This document shows positions 43,169 to 51,752 of a stretch of 51,752 bases of DNA, piece by piece. A program made the translations under genes and the position numbers. Every line of letters begins with the position of its first letter. The stretch's first letter is position 1. The stretch is from a virus: UHGV virus genome UHGV-0020692; one strand, written 5' to 3'. Under the pieces are notes generated by a model. It saw nothing but the letters and a program-made list of their open reading frames with translations, did no database searches and was not told where the DNA came from.

Positions 43169-43885
43169 ATGCTCGAAGCCCTGTATAACGCCATCCGCAA
43201 GGACGCCAAGCCCGTCGTTGTCGATGTTAACGGCAAAAAATATTCCACCAGCGACCTGAAACCCGTCCGTGAACCCAAGCCCGAAGCGATCACGGTGAAG
43301 AACCTGTCGTCTCTGGTGGACTTCCTGATCCGCAATGTGGACGGCCTTCCCCTGGACAAGCTCATCTGCCACGTCGAATCCCCTGATACCGTGAGCATCA
43401 AGTCCGCCCTTATGGGCGACCACGAAGACCGCAAGACCTACATCATCGCCAAGCTCGACCAGATCGAGCTCCCGTTCAACAAATGGGTTCCTGCTGAATC
43501 GTTCTGCATCGCCCTTCAGGCTTGCTTCACTGATGAAGCCCCCACGCCCACGGATCGCGGCCTCGTCCTGAAATTCGCCGCGAACGTCAAGACTACGTTG
43601 GAAAACACGCTGTCCGATGATGGCGTGGCCCAGGGCGTCACCGTCCGCAAGAACCTCGTCAGCGTGGAGAATACCATGATGCCCAACCCCGTAACCCTGC
43701 GTCCCTTCCGCACCTTTACGGAAGTGGAGCAGCCAGCAAGCAGCTTCGTCTTCCGCGCCCAGGACAAGGACGGGATGCACTTCATGCTGGTGGAATCCGA
43801 CGGCGGCGCGTGGCGCAGCGAGGCTATGGCCAACATCAAGCAGTTCATGGAGGGCTCCGTGGACGGACTGAACGTTATCGCCTAG
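43169..43885 (+). CDS. Hypothetical phage protein (238 aa)
   Basis: RBS AAGGAGG then ATG. Confidence 0.5.
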   Translation: MLEALYNAIRKDAKPVVVDVNGKKYSTSDLKPVREPKPEAITVKNLSSLVDFLIRNVDGLPLDKLICHVESPDTVSIKSALMGDHEDRKTYIIAKLDQIELPFNKWVPAESFCIALQACFTDEAPTPTDRGLVLKFAANVKTTLENTLSDDGVAQGVTVRKNLVSVENTMMPNPVTLRPFRTFTEVEQPASSFVFRAQDKDGMHFMLVESDGGAWRSEAMANIKQFMEGSVDGLNVIA

Positions 43886-43895
43886 CCCTCCGTTG

Positions 43896-43929
43896 AACGG
43901 GCCTTGTGTCAACTCAAAGCCCGTTTTTT
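43896..43929 (+). terminator. Rho-independent terminator AACGGGC...GCCCGTT-TTTT
   Basis: 7-bp stem plus T-run after 43169..43885. Confidence 0.45.
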
Positions 43930-43979
43930 GAGCAACAAAAGGGATTGCTGCAAATCTAATAGCAACAAATGAGGGAATC

Positions 43980-44411
43980 ATGCCCGAAGATCAGAAGAAA
44001 ACCTACATCGGCGTGAAGCGCATCGAAGCCTACCCAGAAGACCGTGACGGTAAGCCCGGCTATGCCGTTATCTACCCCGACGGCTACAAAAGCTGGAGCC
44101 CGAAGGATGTTTTTGAGGCGGCCTACTTCCCCATCGACCGGGCCGACAAGCTGACCGAAAACGACATCGACAGATTCCTGGACGCCGGTGGCTCGACCAC
44201 CTACACGCGAGGCCAGAAGACCACGGTCATGTTCGTGACGCTCCCCACTGGCTTTGAAGAATTTGAGGCATCCTCCTGCGTCGATCCCAAGAACTACGAC
44301 GAGAACCTGGGCGCTGAAATCTGTCGCAACCACATCAAGACCCGCCTGTGGAAGTACCTCGGTTTCCTCCTGCAATGGGCCACGCACGGCCTGAAAGCCA
44401 AGGAAGAATAG
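43980..44411 (+). CDS. Hypothetical protein (143 aa), lower GC
   Basis: ORF preceded by AGGGAATC and ATG. Confidence 0.45.
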   Translation: MPEDQKKTYIGVKRIEAYPEDRDGKPGYAVIYPDGYKSWSPKDVFEAAYFPIDRADKLTENDIDRFLDAGGSTTYTRGQKTTVMFVTLPTGFEEFEASSCVDPKNYDENLGAEICRNHIKTRLWKYLGFLLQWATHGLKAKEE

Positions 44412-44415
44412 CCCC

Positions 44416-44745
44416 ATGAAGAAGAAAGCCATGCTCTCCCTGCCGATGGCCGGGAGAACGTCGGAAGAAATCATCGCCGCCCGCAACAAGGCAATCCACG
44501 TCCTTGAAGGCATGGGCTACGAAGTGGTGAACACTTTGTTCTCCGACGGGTGGTACAGCCCTGATGCCATGAAGCTGCGCGGCGTCGTCAACATCCCGCT
44601 GTGCTTCCTCGCGAAGTCCCTGGAGAACATGTCCAAATGCCACTGCGCCTACTTCTGCAAGGGGTGGAATGCAGAGAACGTGCGCGGCTGCAAGATCGAG
44701 CATGACGCGGCCAAGGCCTACGGCCTGGAGATTATTTACGAGTAA
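44416..44745 (+). CDS. DUF4406-like small protein (nucleoside deoxyribosyltransferase-like fold?)
   Basis: Pattern MLSLPMAGRT...GYEVVN. Confidence 0.4.
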   Translation: MKKKAMLSLPMAGRTSEEIIAARNKAIHVLEGMGYEVVNTLFSDGWYSPDAMKLRGVVNIPLCFLAKSLENMSKCHCAYFCKGWNAENVRGCKIEHDAAKAYGLEIIYE

Positions 44746-44822
44746 CCAAAGCGAAACGCCCCGTCCTGGGGCGTCGTCGTGGCGTGGCGGCCACGGCCTG
44801 ATGAGCAGCCAAGAAGTAGATA

Positions 44823-45299
44823 ATGAAAAACTTTAACACAAACACGAACAATCACGACGAGTGGCTAACACCTCCTGAGATTATCCGTGCCCTTGGTGGT
44901 TTTGACCTTGATCCTTGCGCACCAGTGAATCGGCCTTGGGATATGGCATCACAACACTATACGGTCATGGACAACGGCCTTCAAAAGCCGTGGTTCGGCC
45001 GTGTGTGGTGCAATCCTCCCTATGGCCGTGAGACGTTCAAGTGGATGGAAAAACTTGCCTCTCATGGCAGCGGAATCGCCTTGATTTTCGCAAGGACTGA
45101 GACACGAGGCTTCCACGCTCAGATATGGGGGAAGGCGCACAGCGTCTTTTTTTTCAAAGGCAGATTGTCCTTCTACCGTGTCGATGGGGGGAGGGGAAAT
45201 ACGGCTAATGCCCCATCTTGTCTCGTGTCCTACAGCCCCTACGATACAAAAAAAATTGAGTGTAGTGGTCTGCTTGGGAAACTGGTGCATTTGTCATGA
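44823..45299 (+). CDS. Phage-type DNA N6-adenine methyltransferase (Dam-like)
   Basis: Motifs EWLTPPEIIRALGGFDLDPCA and WCNPPYG (DPPY-like). Confidence 0.75.
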   Translation: MKNFNTNTNNHDEWLTPPEIIRALGGFDLDPCAPVNRPWDMASQHYTVMDNGLQKPWFGRVWCNPPYGRETFKWMEKLASHGSGIALIFARTETRGFHAQIWGKAHSVFFFKGRLSFYRVDGGRGNTANAPSCLVSYSPYDTKKIECSGLLGKLVHLS

Positions 45300-45483
45300 C
45301 CAACACAAACCACAACTACCGCCGCGCCCGCAAGACGGAGACGCCCTGCCGCTGGTGCATCTACGGCCTCATGCGGGCCGGGGCCGGACGGGTGCAATGC
45401 CTCCTGTGGGGGGTGGCCGCGAAGAAAGGCCACACCTGCGATGCGGCCCGGGCGGTGATGCCCATGACACAGGAGGTTTCCGC

Positions 45484-45828
45484 ATGGCGCTGAGTGAACA
45501 AGAACGCGAATGGCTGGAGAGGCGGAAAATCCTCTGCAACCGCTGCGTAAAAGCTGCTTGGTGTCGCACCGGGGAGAAGCATGGATACAATACTGAACGC
45601 TGTCGTTTTTGGGAGTTAAAAGTCCCCAACCAGAGCATACTCCTTGGGAGCCTCGAAGAAGATTTCCGCGACGCCGCCGAGTTCGAGGCCCGCGTGGCCG
45701 TCCTGCTGACCGATCTCGACGCCCCCTATGTGCCGCCCTGCCATATTGTCTGCAACCACAGGCACAAATGCCGCGCATGCCGGTTGATGTACGCCCGCCT
45801 CGCCGTCGAGGCTGAGATGGACGCTTGA
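45484..45828 (+). CDS. Cys-rich hypothetical protein (114 aa)
   Basis: RBS CAGGAGG then ATG at 45484. Confidence 0.4.
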   Translation: MALSEQEREWLERRKILCNRCVKAAWCRTGEKHGYNTERCRFWELKVPNQSILLGSLEEDFRDAAEFEARVAVLLTDLDAPYVPPCHIVCNHRHKCRACRLMYARLAVEAEMDA

Positions 45829-46056
45829 CACCGGCCCCGGCCTGCGGCATGGTGGGGGCGTCAACAATCACTAGGGCGCTCCTCCTGCCTAACTGGAGGT
45901 TTTCGTTTTTTGAGCCGTTCGGAAAGCGTGGTCTTTCTGCACATATTGGCTCCAGACTCCTCATGTCGTGAGGCATGGGGGCGGCCTAGTGACCGTTGAC
46001 AAGTCTGGGGCCTTTTTTGTTGCTCAAAAATCGTCAACCTCACTAGGAGCAATCAC

Positions 46057-46908
46057 ATGGAACTCACCTTCAACGACGTCCAGTTTGATGTCATCGACCG
46101 CAACAATCAGCCGTGGGTAAGGTCTCCCCAAATCGGGGAAGCCTTGGGCTACACAAAAGGGAGCATCTCAATTGCGAAGCTTTATGAATCCCACGCCGAC
46201 GAATTCAACGACGCCATGACGGCGGTGATTACCCTGCCCACGGAAGGCGGCCCGCAGGACACCCGCATTTTCTCGCTGAGGGGCTGCCACCTGCTGGCGA
46301 TGTTTGCCCGCACACCCGTGGCAAAGGCGTTCAGAAAGTGGGTTCTGGATGTTCTGGACATGCTGGCCGCTTCCGATCATCCCGCCCCCCAACCCCAGCC
46401 CACCACCGACGGCCCCCTCACCCCCGCCCTGCGCGCCGAGCTCAAGGCTATCGTGGACGCCAAGCTCTCCACCGCCCCGGCGGATGTTCAAGGCAAGGCG
46501 CGGGCCGAGATATGGACGCGCTTCAACCGGCACTTCAAAATCGCCGAATACGCCCAACTCCCCGCCTGCCGCATGCCGGAGGCGCGGGACTACCTCATCG
46601 AGATGCAGATGAAAAGCTACCCCACCAAGACCGCAGCCGCCGTACCGGCCAATGCGGAACAGGAAATAGAGACCCACTGCGCCGCCATGCGCGGCCTTGT
46701 CCGCCAGCTCAATGTGCATATGGACGAGATCTTCAATATTTCCCGCAGCGCCCGCAAGGGAAAGATAGACCTGCGGATGCCTGGCGAGCGCAGCGAGCTG
46801 GTCATCTCCTCCATCTACACAATGGAGGACGCCGCCGGGGCCATCGGCCACAACATCGCCGTTCTCGAACGCTCCGCAAAAACAACGCTGCTGGCCGCCC
46901 GAATGTAG
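46057..46908 (+). CDS. Antirepressor-like BRO-N domain protein (paralogue of 16859..17743)
   Basis: RBS TAGGAG. N-terminal VRSPQIGEALGY. Shared IFSLRGCHLLAMFARTPVAKAFRKWVLDVLDML block. Confidence 0.6.
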   Translation: MELTFNDVQFDVIDRNNQPWVRSPQIGEALGYTKGSISIAKLYESHADEFNDAMTAVITLPTEGGPQDTRIFSLRGCHLLAMFARTPVAKAFRKWVLDVLDMLAASDHPAPQPQPTTDGPLTPALRAELKAIVDAKLSTAPADVQGKARAEIWTRFNRHFKIAEYAQLPACRMPEARDYLIEMQMKSYPTKTAAAVPANAEQEIETHCAAMRGLVRQLNVHMDEIFNISRSARKGKIDLRMPGERSELVISSIYTMEDAAGAIGHNIAVLERSAKTTLLAARM

Positions 46909-46946
46909 CCCGCAGCTTTCCGTACACCCACCACCCCAACCCAACA

Positions 46947-46968
46947 GGCCGCCCCGTGCGGCCTTTTT
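46947..46968 (+). terminator. Hairpin GGCCGC-cccgt-GCGGCC plus TTTTT
   Basis: After the antirepressor gene. Confidence 0.45.
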
Positions 46969-46986
46969 GTTGCCCAAGGAGGGCCT

Positions 46987-47526
46987 ATGCAAATCAAATT
47001 CCTGAAAACCCATCCCGACGCCGTCATCCCCACCCGTGGCAGCGCCGGGGCCGCAGGTTTCGACTTGACCGCCGTTTCCCTCAAGCGCGCAGCCGACCTC
47101 TACATCTACGACACGGGGCTGGCCTTGGAAATCCCGGAAGGCTACTGGGGAGGAATCTACGCCCGCTCCAGCCTCTTTTTCACAGGGCTTGAGAAGTGCG
47201 GGGGCGTGTGCGTCATCGACAGCGACTACCGGGGCAGCATCCTTGTCATGTTCCGCGAAGTTCCCGGAGACCAACACGCCCGCCGTCTGGCCCTGCACCC
47301 CCTGTTCCCCGGAAAAACGGGGCTCATGCACCCCTACAAGCCCGGCGACAGAATCGCCCAGCTCATCATCCAGCCGTGCGTGGTGCCTGTCCAGGGGAGC
47401 GTCACTCTGGCCGAAATGGGCAGCATCCCGCCCTACTGCGATCTTGAGAAAGTCGAGTTCGTGGAAGTTGACCGCCTGTCCACGACCGCCCGCGGCACCG
47501 GCGGCTATGGCAGCACAGGGAGGTAG
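46987..47526 (+). CDS. dut: dUTP diphosphatase
   Basis: Five dUTPase motifs: GSAGAAGFDL, ARSS, VIDSDYRG, PGDRIAQL, RG.GG(Y/F)GSTG. Confidence 0.85.
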   Translation: MQIKFLKTHPDAVIPTRGSAGAAGFDLTAVSLKRAADLYIYDTGLALEIPEGYWGGIYARSSLFFTGLEKCGGVCVIDSDYRGSILVMFREVPGDQHARRLALHPLFPGKTGLMHPYKPGDRIAQLIIQPCVVPVQGSVTLAEMGSIPPYCDLEKVEFVEVDRLSTTARGTGGYGSTGR

Positions 47527-47528
47527 CC

Positions 47529-47909
47529 ATGATTATCAAGCTCCAAAACGTCATCGGATGCGTGCCCTTTTCCATCCACAAAGCCCCACCTCCTGGATGG
47601 AAGTATCTGGGAAGGATGCCCATAGGGGAAGCCTATCAGCACAAGGCGACATCCCTGACCGTCATTTCCAGCATCGACACCATAGAAAACGAAAATGGCA
47701 CCTCGAAGGTCTTGCACGTCTCCGTTTCAGGAAAATCACGCCTTCCCTCCTGGGATGATCTGAAAAGGGCAAAGAACACCTTCATGGGCCTTGACGTTGA
47801 TGCCTACCACGTCATCCCCAAAGCTGACGACCATGTGAACCTGCACAACTACTGCATGCATTTGTGGTCTGAATGGAATGAAAAAATGGGAGGAATCCAT
47901 GCCCGCTAG
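47529..47909 (+). CDS. Hypothetical protein (126 aa)
   Basis: RBS GGGAGG then ATG. ATGA coupling with the dUTPase. Confidence 0.45.
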   Translation: MIIKLQNVIGCVPFSIHKAPPPGWKYLGRMPIGEAYQHKATSLTVISSIDTIENENGTSKVLHVSVSGKSRLPSWDDLKRAKNTFMGLDVDAYHVIPKADDHVNLHNYCMHLWSEWNEKMGGIHAR

Positions 47910-48816
47910 ATCATGCCAGTGCCCGGAACGCCGGGCGCCCATCACCTCCCGCCGCTGGGAGATATGCAGCAAGCCCGGCGACGGAACCGCAGTCATCCGC
48001 TGCAAGGCCTGCGGCGCCATCTGGACGACCCGTGCCAAGTTCGCGGAGGCCCTGCCCTACGACATCGGGCCGGTGACGCTGCCGCGAGATGCTTTCCAGC
48101 ATACGCGCGCCATCGTGGCCCTGACCATGCTGGATGCTCTGCTCTACCAGTTCCGGCCCCTGGTAGAAGATCAGCCCAAAGCCCTGCGCCACCTCGACGA
48201 AATGCGGGAAATCATCGAAACCTGCGGGAACCCCATCCGCAAACGCAGGACTTCAGCAGGCGCACAACGAGACCTCCATGCAGCCTGCGATGCCATGTAC
48301 GAGAGCTACCGCTTCCCTTCCGCCCCCTCGGAGAAGGGAGACCGCTGGGCCGCCCTGTTCTGTGCCGCCGACTTGATGATCTGCGGCGCCGCAGCCATGT
48401 GCGAGCGTCTGGAGCTGGCCGAGAAGGCGACACCGAAGGGAGAAAGCACACTGTGGATGGTTGACCCTGCTGTCCCTCGTGACCTCTGCATCCGTGACGC
48501 CTTCAACGAACGGATTTTGACGATGGAAGACTGCACGGCGACGGCGACAGCGCACCACATTGCCGCCAGCTCCCCCGACGTGGTGCGGGAAGACATCGAA
48601 GAGATCTTGCAGCTACGGAAAGAACGTGACTGGCTGCTGCGGGAGATTGTGAATACCAGTGACAGGCAGTTTTGCCCTATGCCTGACAGGTATGAGTGCC
48701 TGTATCATGTTGGGCATGAATGCAAATCAAGAGAAGTGGAAATGCGCGTGGGCTGCTGGCGAACGGCAGTTGAGTGCGCTGTTAAATACGAGGAGGAAAA
48801 AAACAATGCCGAATAA
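47899..48816 (+). CDS. Hypothetical protein with an N-terminal zinc ribbon (305 aa)
   Basis: RBS GGGAGG then ATG at 47899. CQCPE...CKACG motif. Confidence 0.5.
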   Translation: MPARSCQCPERRAPITSRRWEICSKPGDGTAVIRCKACGAIWTTRAKFAEALPYDIGPVTLPRDAFQHTRAIVALTMLDALLYQFRPLVEDQPKALRHLDEMREIIETCGNPIRKRRTSAGAQRDLHAACDAMYESYRFPSAPSEKGDRWAALFCAADLMICGAAAMCERLELAEKATPKGESTLWMVDPAVPRDLCIRDAFNERILTMEDCTATATAHHIAASSPDVVREDIEEILQLRKERDWLLREIVNTSDRQFCPMPDRYECLYHVGHECKSREVEMRVGCWRTAVECAVKYEEEKNNAE

Positions 48817-49156
48817 TCCCCTTGCCCGCTATCATTTCGTAGACGACCACGGCCACCCGCTGGAAAACTGCGTTGAATATCGGGAACTGCTGGCCGAGAA
48901 TGAGAGGCTGCGCAGTGAGGTGACGCGGCTGGACAAGGAAGCCGACTGGCTGGTGAAGATGCTGTCGCACTACACTGAAGACTGCCCGCTCAAGTTTTCG
49001 TGGGTGTATGAAGAAAAGTTTCCTATCCCCAAAATTGACGGCTGCGATGGCGCATGGCCTGATGATGACTATTTCGACTGCTCGAACTCAACACCGGAAA
49101 AATGTTGGCGTGAGGCCGCCAGAAAGGCTGTGGAGGAGGAAGGACGTCATGGATAG
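48806..49156 (+). CDS. Hypothetical protein (116 aa)
   Basis: RBS GAGGAGG then ATG at 48806. Confidence 0.45.
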   Translation: MPNNPLARYHFVDDHGHPLENCVEYRELLAENERLRSEVTRLDKEADWLVKMLSHYTEDCPLKFSWVYEEKFPIPKIDGCDGAWPDDDYFDCSNSTPEKCWREAARKAVEEEGRHG

Positions 49157-49397
49157 CCCCAAGCTCAAGCCCTGCCCACACTGCGGCAGCACTGACCTGC
49201 AAGTATGCTGGAACAGCGTCTACGAGGATCACTATGTGCGCTGCTACAACTGCCGGATGCAGGGGCCTGAGATCTACGGAAGAGAGGCCGCATCCGAAGC
49301 TTGGAACTCCCTCTCCCGCCGCCACGAGATCACGCCCAACGACGTTGATTGCGCAGGCTGCCCGGAGCGGCGCCACAGGAGCCACGCCCATGACTGA
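49149..49397 (+). CDS. Lar-family restriction-alleviation-like small zinc-ribbon protein
   Basis: RBS GGAGGAGG. N-terminal LKPCPHCGS... and a second CxxC, the Lar-family pattern. Confidence 0.5.
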   Translation: MDSPKLKPCPHCGSTDLQVCWNSVYEDHYVRCYNCRMQGPEIYGREAASEAWNSLSRRHEITPNDVDCAGCPERRHRSHAHD

Positions 49398-49686
49398 CCG
49401 TCTCATCGGCAAGCGAGACATTGCGGCCATGCTGGGGACTTCCCCCGGTGTGGCCGCTGCCATTCTGGCAGGCAGGGGAATCCACCCTATCGACCTCGGA
49501 GCCGGGCGCAGCCGTGGCCTGCGCTGGCTGGAATCAGCCGTGCAGCAGGCTGTGCGCGACATGTACAACGAAGCCCAGCCCAAACCGAAGACAACCCGTC
49601 GCCCACGTCCGAAGCCTGTCTGCGGTCTGGCAGGCATGAGCACGGACGACATCTACCGATTGACCACAGGCCAATGTGTCCAGTAG
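49390..49686 (+). CDS. xis: Excisionase / AlpA-like HTH protein
   Basis: IGKRDIAAMLGTSPGVAAAI...LRWLESAV motif. Immediately upstream of the integrase. Confidence 0.55.
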   Translation: MTDRLIGKRDIAAMLGTSPGVAAAILAGRGIHPIDLGAGRSRGLRWLESAVQQAVRDMYNEAQPKPKTTRRPRPKPVCGLAGMSTDDIYRLTTGQCVQ

Positions 49687-49725
49687 CCTACCTCCGGGCA
49701 CATTTGGCGCGTGATGGAGGACATC

Positions 49726-50856
49726 ATGGCCATACGTGAACGGAAACGCGCCTCACCGTGGCAGTGCTACTGGAACAATCCCATCACCGGGAAGCGGGAG
49801 TGCGCGAATTTTCTGACGAAGCGAGAAGCTGAAAAGCACGATTCCCTGATCAAACACCGTATCAGGTTTGACAGGGAATCGTTCGAAAGGGAGAAAGGAG
49901 AAAGCGAAGAGCAGGAAGAAGCTCCCCAGGAACTCACACTGGAGACATGCTACCTTGCCTACCTGAAGCAGAAGCAGTTTACCAAAGCTGGCCTGCAATG
50001 GCAAATGAAGTGCATGCGTACACCCCTTGAGCTCCTAGGAGCCACACCGATAACCCAGATCACCACAAGGGACATCGAAGCCGTGGTAGAAAAGCTCCGG
50101 CAAAGACCGATCAAGGCCGTCACCGTCAGGGACTACATCAAGGTCCTGAAAAGCGTTTTGCGCTGGTGTCACACCAACGGCTTCTGTGATGCCGTGGTCT
50201 TCCCCAAGCTGCCGCCGGCTCACTATGAGAAGTTCATGCCGCCGACACCGGAAGAGCTGCACGCCATCCTAGCCCATGCCTCTCCGCATATCATCAGGGT
50301 CATCATCCTTGGGGCCCAGCTTGGCGTGCGTGTAGGGCGCTCGGAGCTCCTTTTCCTGACATGGGAGGACGTTGACCTGGAGCGCCGCGTCTTGCGCGTC
50401 CACGGGGCCAAGAAGAACCTGGAAGCGCCGTGGCGTGAGGTGCCTATCCGGGAAAGCCTGCTGCCCGTATTCCAGGCATGGCGCGATCGGGACAGGCAAG
50501 AAGGTGTTGACTACCTTGTCAGCTACAACGGCAAGCCTCTGGACAGGATATGCAGGGCATGGGCGAACACCCTGCGCCGGGCCGGGATAACCCGCCGTAT
50601 CCGCCCCTATGATTTGCGCCATGCCTTCGGCACGGAGATGGTCGCGGCCGGTGTGGACGTGGGCACTGTGGCAAGCCTCATGGGGCACAGCAACCCCACG
50701 ATGCTCCTGACCCATTATCAGTATGTGATGGACAAGCAGAAGAGGGCCGCGGTCGAGGCGCTCCCCAGCATATCAGATGTGCCCAAGCTGCATGTGCCCA
50801 AAACGTGGCAAAGAGATGACACAGCGCAACATGCTGAAAATAATGAACAAAAATAA
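49726..50856 (+). CDS. int: Tyrosine recombinase / phage integrase
   Basis: C-terminal catalytic motifs RPYDLRHAF...GHS....LL.HY. RBS GGAGGA. Confidence 0.85.
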   Translation: MAIRERKRASPWQCYWNNPITGKRECANFLTKREAEKHDSLIKHRIRFDRESFEREKGESEEQEEAPQELTLETCYLAYLKQKQFTKAGLQWQMKCMRTPLELLGATPITQITTRDIEAVVEKLRQRPIKAVTVRDYIKVLKSVLRWCHTNGFCDAVVFPKLPPAHYEKFMPPTPEELHAILAHASPHIIRVIILGAQLGVRVGRSELLFLTWEDVDLERRVLRVHGAKKNLEAPWREVPIRESLLPVFQAWRDRDRQEGVDYLVSYNGKPLDRICRAWANTLRRAGITRRIRPYDLRHAFGTEMVAAGVDVGTVASLMGHSNPTMLLTHYQYVMDKQKRAAVEALPSISDVPKLHVPKTWQRDDTAQHAENNEQK

Positions 50857-50941
50857 CTTCATCTTGTAAAGCCGCTGGGCCAGCATGGACCTGTTTCTGC
50901 ATATTAACATATTGAAATAATATACCTTTTTAAATCAAAAA

Positions 50942-51002
50942 ATGTGCCAAATGTGCCCAATTTGGCCTAATCCCCTCCCCAACTATGTGCCCAAGGGCAC
51001 AT
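50942..51002. other. Candidate attP core/arm region: repeats of ATGTGCC(C)AA and palindrome ATGTGCCC-aag-GGGCACAT
   Basis: AT-rich non-coding stretch between int and the convergent tail-fibre-assembly gene. Confidence 0.3.
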
Positions 51003-51092
51003 CCTGCCGCCGTTTCCACCCTCTCTCTTTTCCGCTGATTCGACTATTAAGCCAAACGACATAGTTGCAACCTGCCGAAACCAAAAAGGAAA

Positions 51093-51124
51093 GGCCCCAT
51101 CCTGTCGTGAATGGGGCCTTTTTT
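51093..51124. terminator. Bidirectional rho-independent terminator GGCCCCA-16nt-TGGGGCC flanked by A- and T-runs
   Basis: 7-bp stem. TTTTTT on the right, AAAAAGGAAA on the left. Confidence 0.55.
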
Positions 51125-51198
51125 GATGGCATCATTGGCGACATTTACCCAGCGCGCCGTGCTTCACGAGGGCATGCTGCATCCTCATGCCCTGCTAC

Positions 51199-51752
51199 CT
51201 ATGCCTTGAGATCGGCAGGCAGCTCCGGCCACGGCGTGGCCTCGCCGCCGCCATCCCAGGGCGCGCCTTCCTGAGAAGGCAGGTCACGCAGGGACTGGCG
51301 GTAAAGCCGCACGGCCTCTTTACGGGTATCATCCAGCGGGTAGTCCTGCATGAGCAGGTAGTCCGTGGCGGCGATACGCCGGTCACGCTCGGCGCGGAGC
51401 TGTTGGAAAAGCTCGGCCTCCGTCGGAGCCGGTTTTTCCGGGCGTACCGTAACGGCTCCGGCAGGGAGCGGCCCCAGGTCTCCCATATATTTGGCCGGGG
51501 ACTGCCAATTATCGCCCTGGTCAGGCAGCCAGTACGGTGTGCCGCCCTGCTTCGTCCCCTTGCCGTCCAAATGCTGGCGGTGATCCTCCACCAGCTCCCA
51601 TTCGCTCCCCGTCCAGCGGGCGACGTGGCCATCCGGGATATTTTCAGGCGGCGGAGTAGGAGTAGCGAAGGCGCTTTTGGTCAGAGGCTTGCCATTGAGC
51701 TCCTGTGCCGGGCGAGCCCCCGTATACTCGCGGGTCTTCACGTCGAACATGT
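51199..51752 (-). CDS. Tail fibre assembly protein (Tfa/Mu U family); 5-prime end runs off the window
   Basis: C-terminal motifs RDRRIAATDYLLMQDYPL....AVRLYRQSLRDLP....W....WPELP typical of tail-fibre assembly chaperones. Confidence 0.7.
   Translation of the reverse strand, partial: MFDVKTREYTGARPAQELNGKPLTKSAFATPTPPPENIPDGHVARWTGSEWELVEDHRQHLDGKGTKQGGTPYWLPDQGDNWQSPAKYMGDLGPLPAGAVTVRPEKPAPTEAELFQQLRAERDRRIAATDYLLMQDYPLDDTRKEAVRLYRQSLRDLPSQEGAPWDGGGEATPWPELPADLKA

Larger units (their letters stand above)
1..51752. mobile_element. Temperate myovirus-type phage genome (Mu-like head/tail/baseplate genes, lambdoid immunity, tyrosine integrase); apparently complete
   Basis: Contiguous lysis, terminase, portal, capsid, sheath, tube, tape-measure, baseplate and fibre genes, plus cI/cro, replication genes, xis-int and an att-like region. 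Gene continuity across the window ends. Confidence 0.8.

Noticed and set aside
46168-47331. 387-aa minus-strand ORF antisense to the antirepressor and dUTPase genes
   Set aside because: Gly/Ala/Val-rich antisense frame. dUTPase motifs on the plus strand are unambiguous.
1-51752. Mu-type transposable phage
   Set aside because: No DDE transposase, MuB or Mu ends found. An integrase and attP-like region are present instead.
1-51752. tRNA genes, CRISPR arrays and DGR reverse transcriptase as the basis of fibre variation
   Set aside because: No T-arm GGTTCGANTCC-like cloverleaf candidates, no spaced direct repeats and no RT ORF. Fibre variation is explained by inverted repeats instead.

Overview
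The window reads as a complete, or nearly complete, temperate tailed-phage genome of about 51.7 kb. It is GC-rich (roughly 60-65%) with several lower-GC accessory islands. Late morphogenesis genes sit on the minus strand from about 27.8 kb down to 0.3 kb, in this order: SAR-endolysin and two small membrane proteins; terminase small and large subunits; portal (DUF935-like); a Mu F-like minor head protein that carries an intein; a DUF2213 protease/scaffold; a decoration protein; the major capsid; head-tail joining genes; sheath; tube; a G/GT chaperone pair with a -1 frameshift; tape measure; a Mu/P2-like baseplate (hub, spike V, W/gp25, J); and tail fibres. The structural module is Mu-like, but no Mu-type transposase is present. 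Replication and regulation are lambdoid-style. A divergent Cro-like / CI(S24) immunity switch with palindromic operators lies at 35.3 kb. The leftward early operon carries a Bro-N/KilAC antirepressor, RHH and HTH regulators, a YdaU/DUF1376 replication protein, a TOPRIM primase-helicase, RusA and an Xis-like HTH. A rightward arm from 38.7 to 50.9 kb carries Sak4, an SSB-like protein, a Dam-type methyltransferase, dUTPase, a Lar-like anti-restriction protein, an excisionase and a tyrosine integrase, followed by a candidate attP. The minus-strand ORF that runs off the window end (51199..51752, tail-fibre assembly) continues in frame into positions 16..1, where an RBS and ATG sit; this suggests the source molecule is circular or circularly permuted. 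Unusual points are: (1) an invertible tail-fibre tip segment bounded by exact 21-bp inverted repeats, with no invertase in the window; (2) an intein in the head morphogenesis protein whose interior carries, on the opposite strand, a promoter-driven HTH plus DUF559/Vsr-like nuclease gene; (3) a nuclease island (HsdR_N-like protein, secreted OB-fold-like protein, secreted endonuclease I) inside the late region; (4) a rex-position gene after cI, followed by a convergent HNH plus small acidic protein pair and a ~1.45 kb ORF-free GC-rich region that holds three copies of a composite motif with a covarying hairpin (candidate structured RNA family); and (5) a conserved 15-mer at the heads of two late operons. 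The six-frame track contains many long antisense ORFs typical of GC-rich DNA; these were not called as genes.
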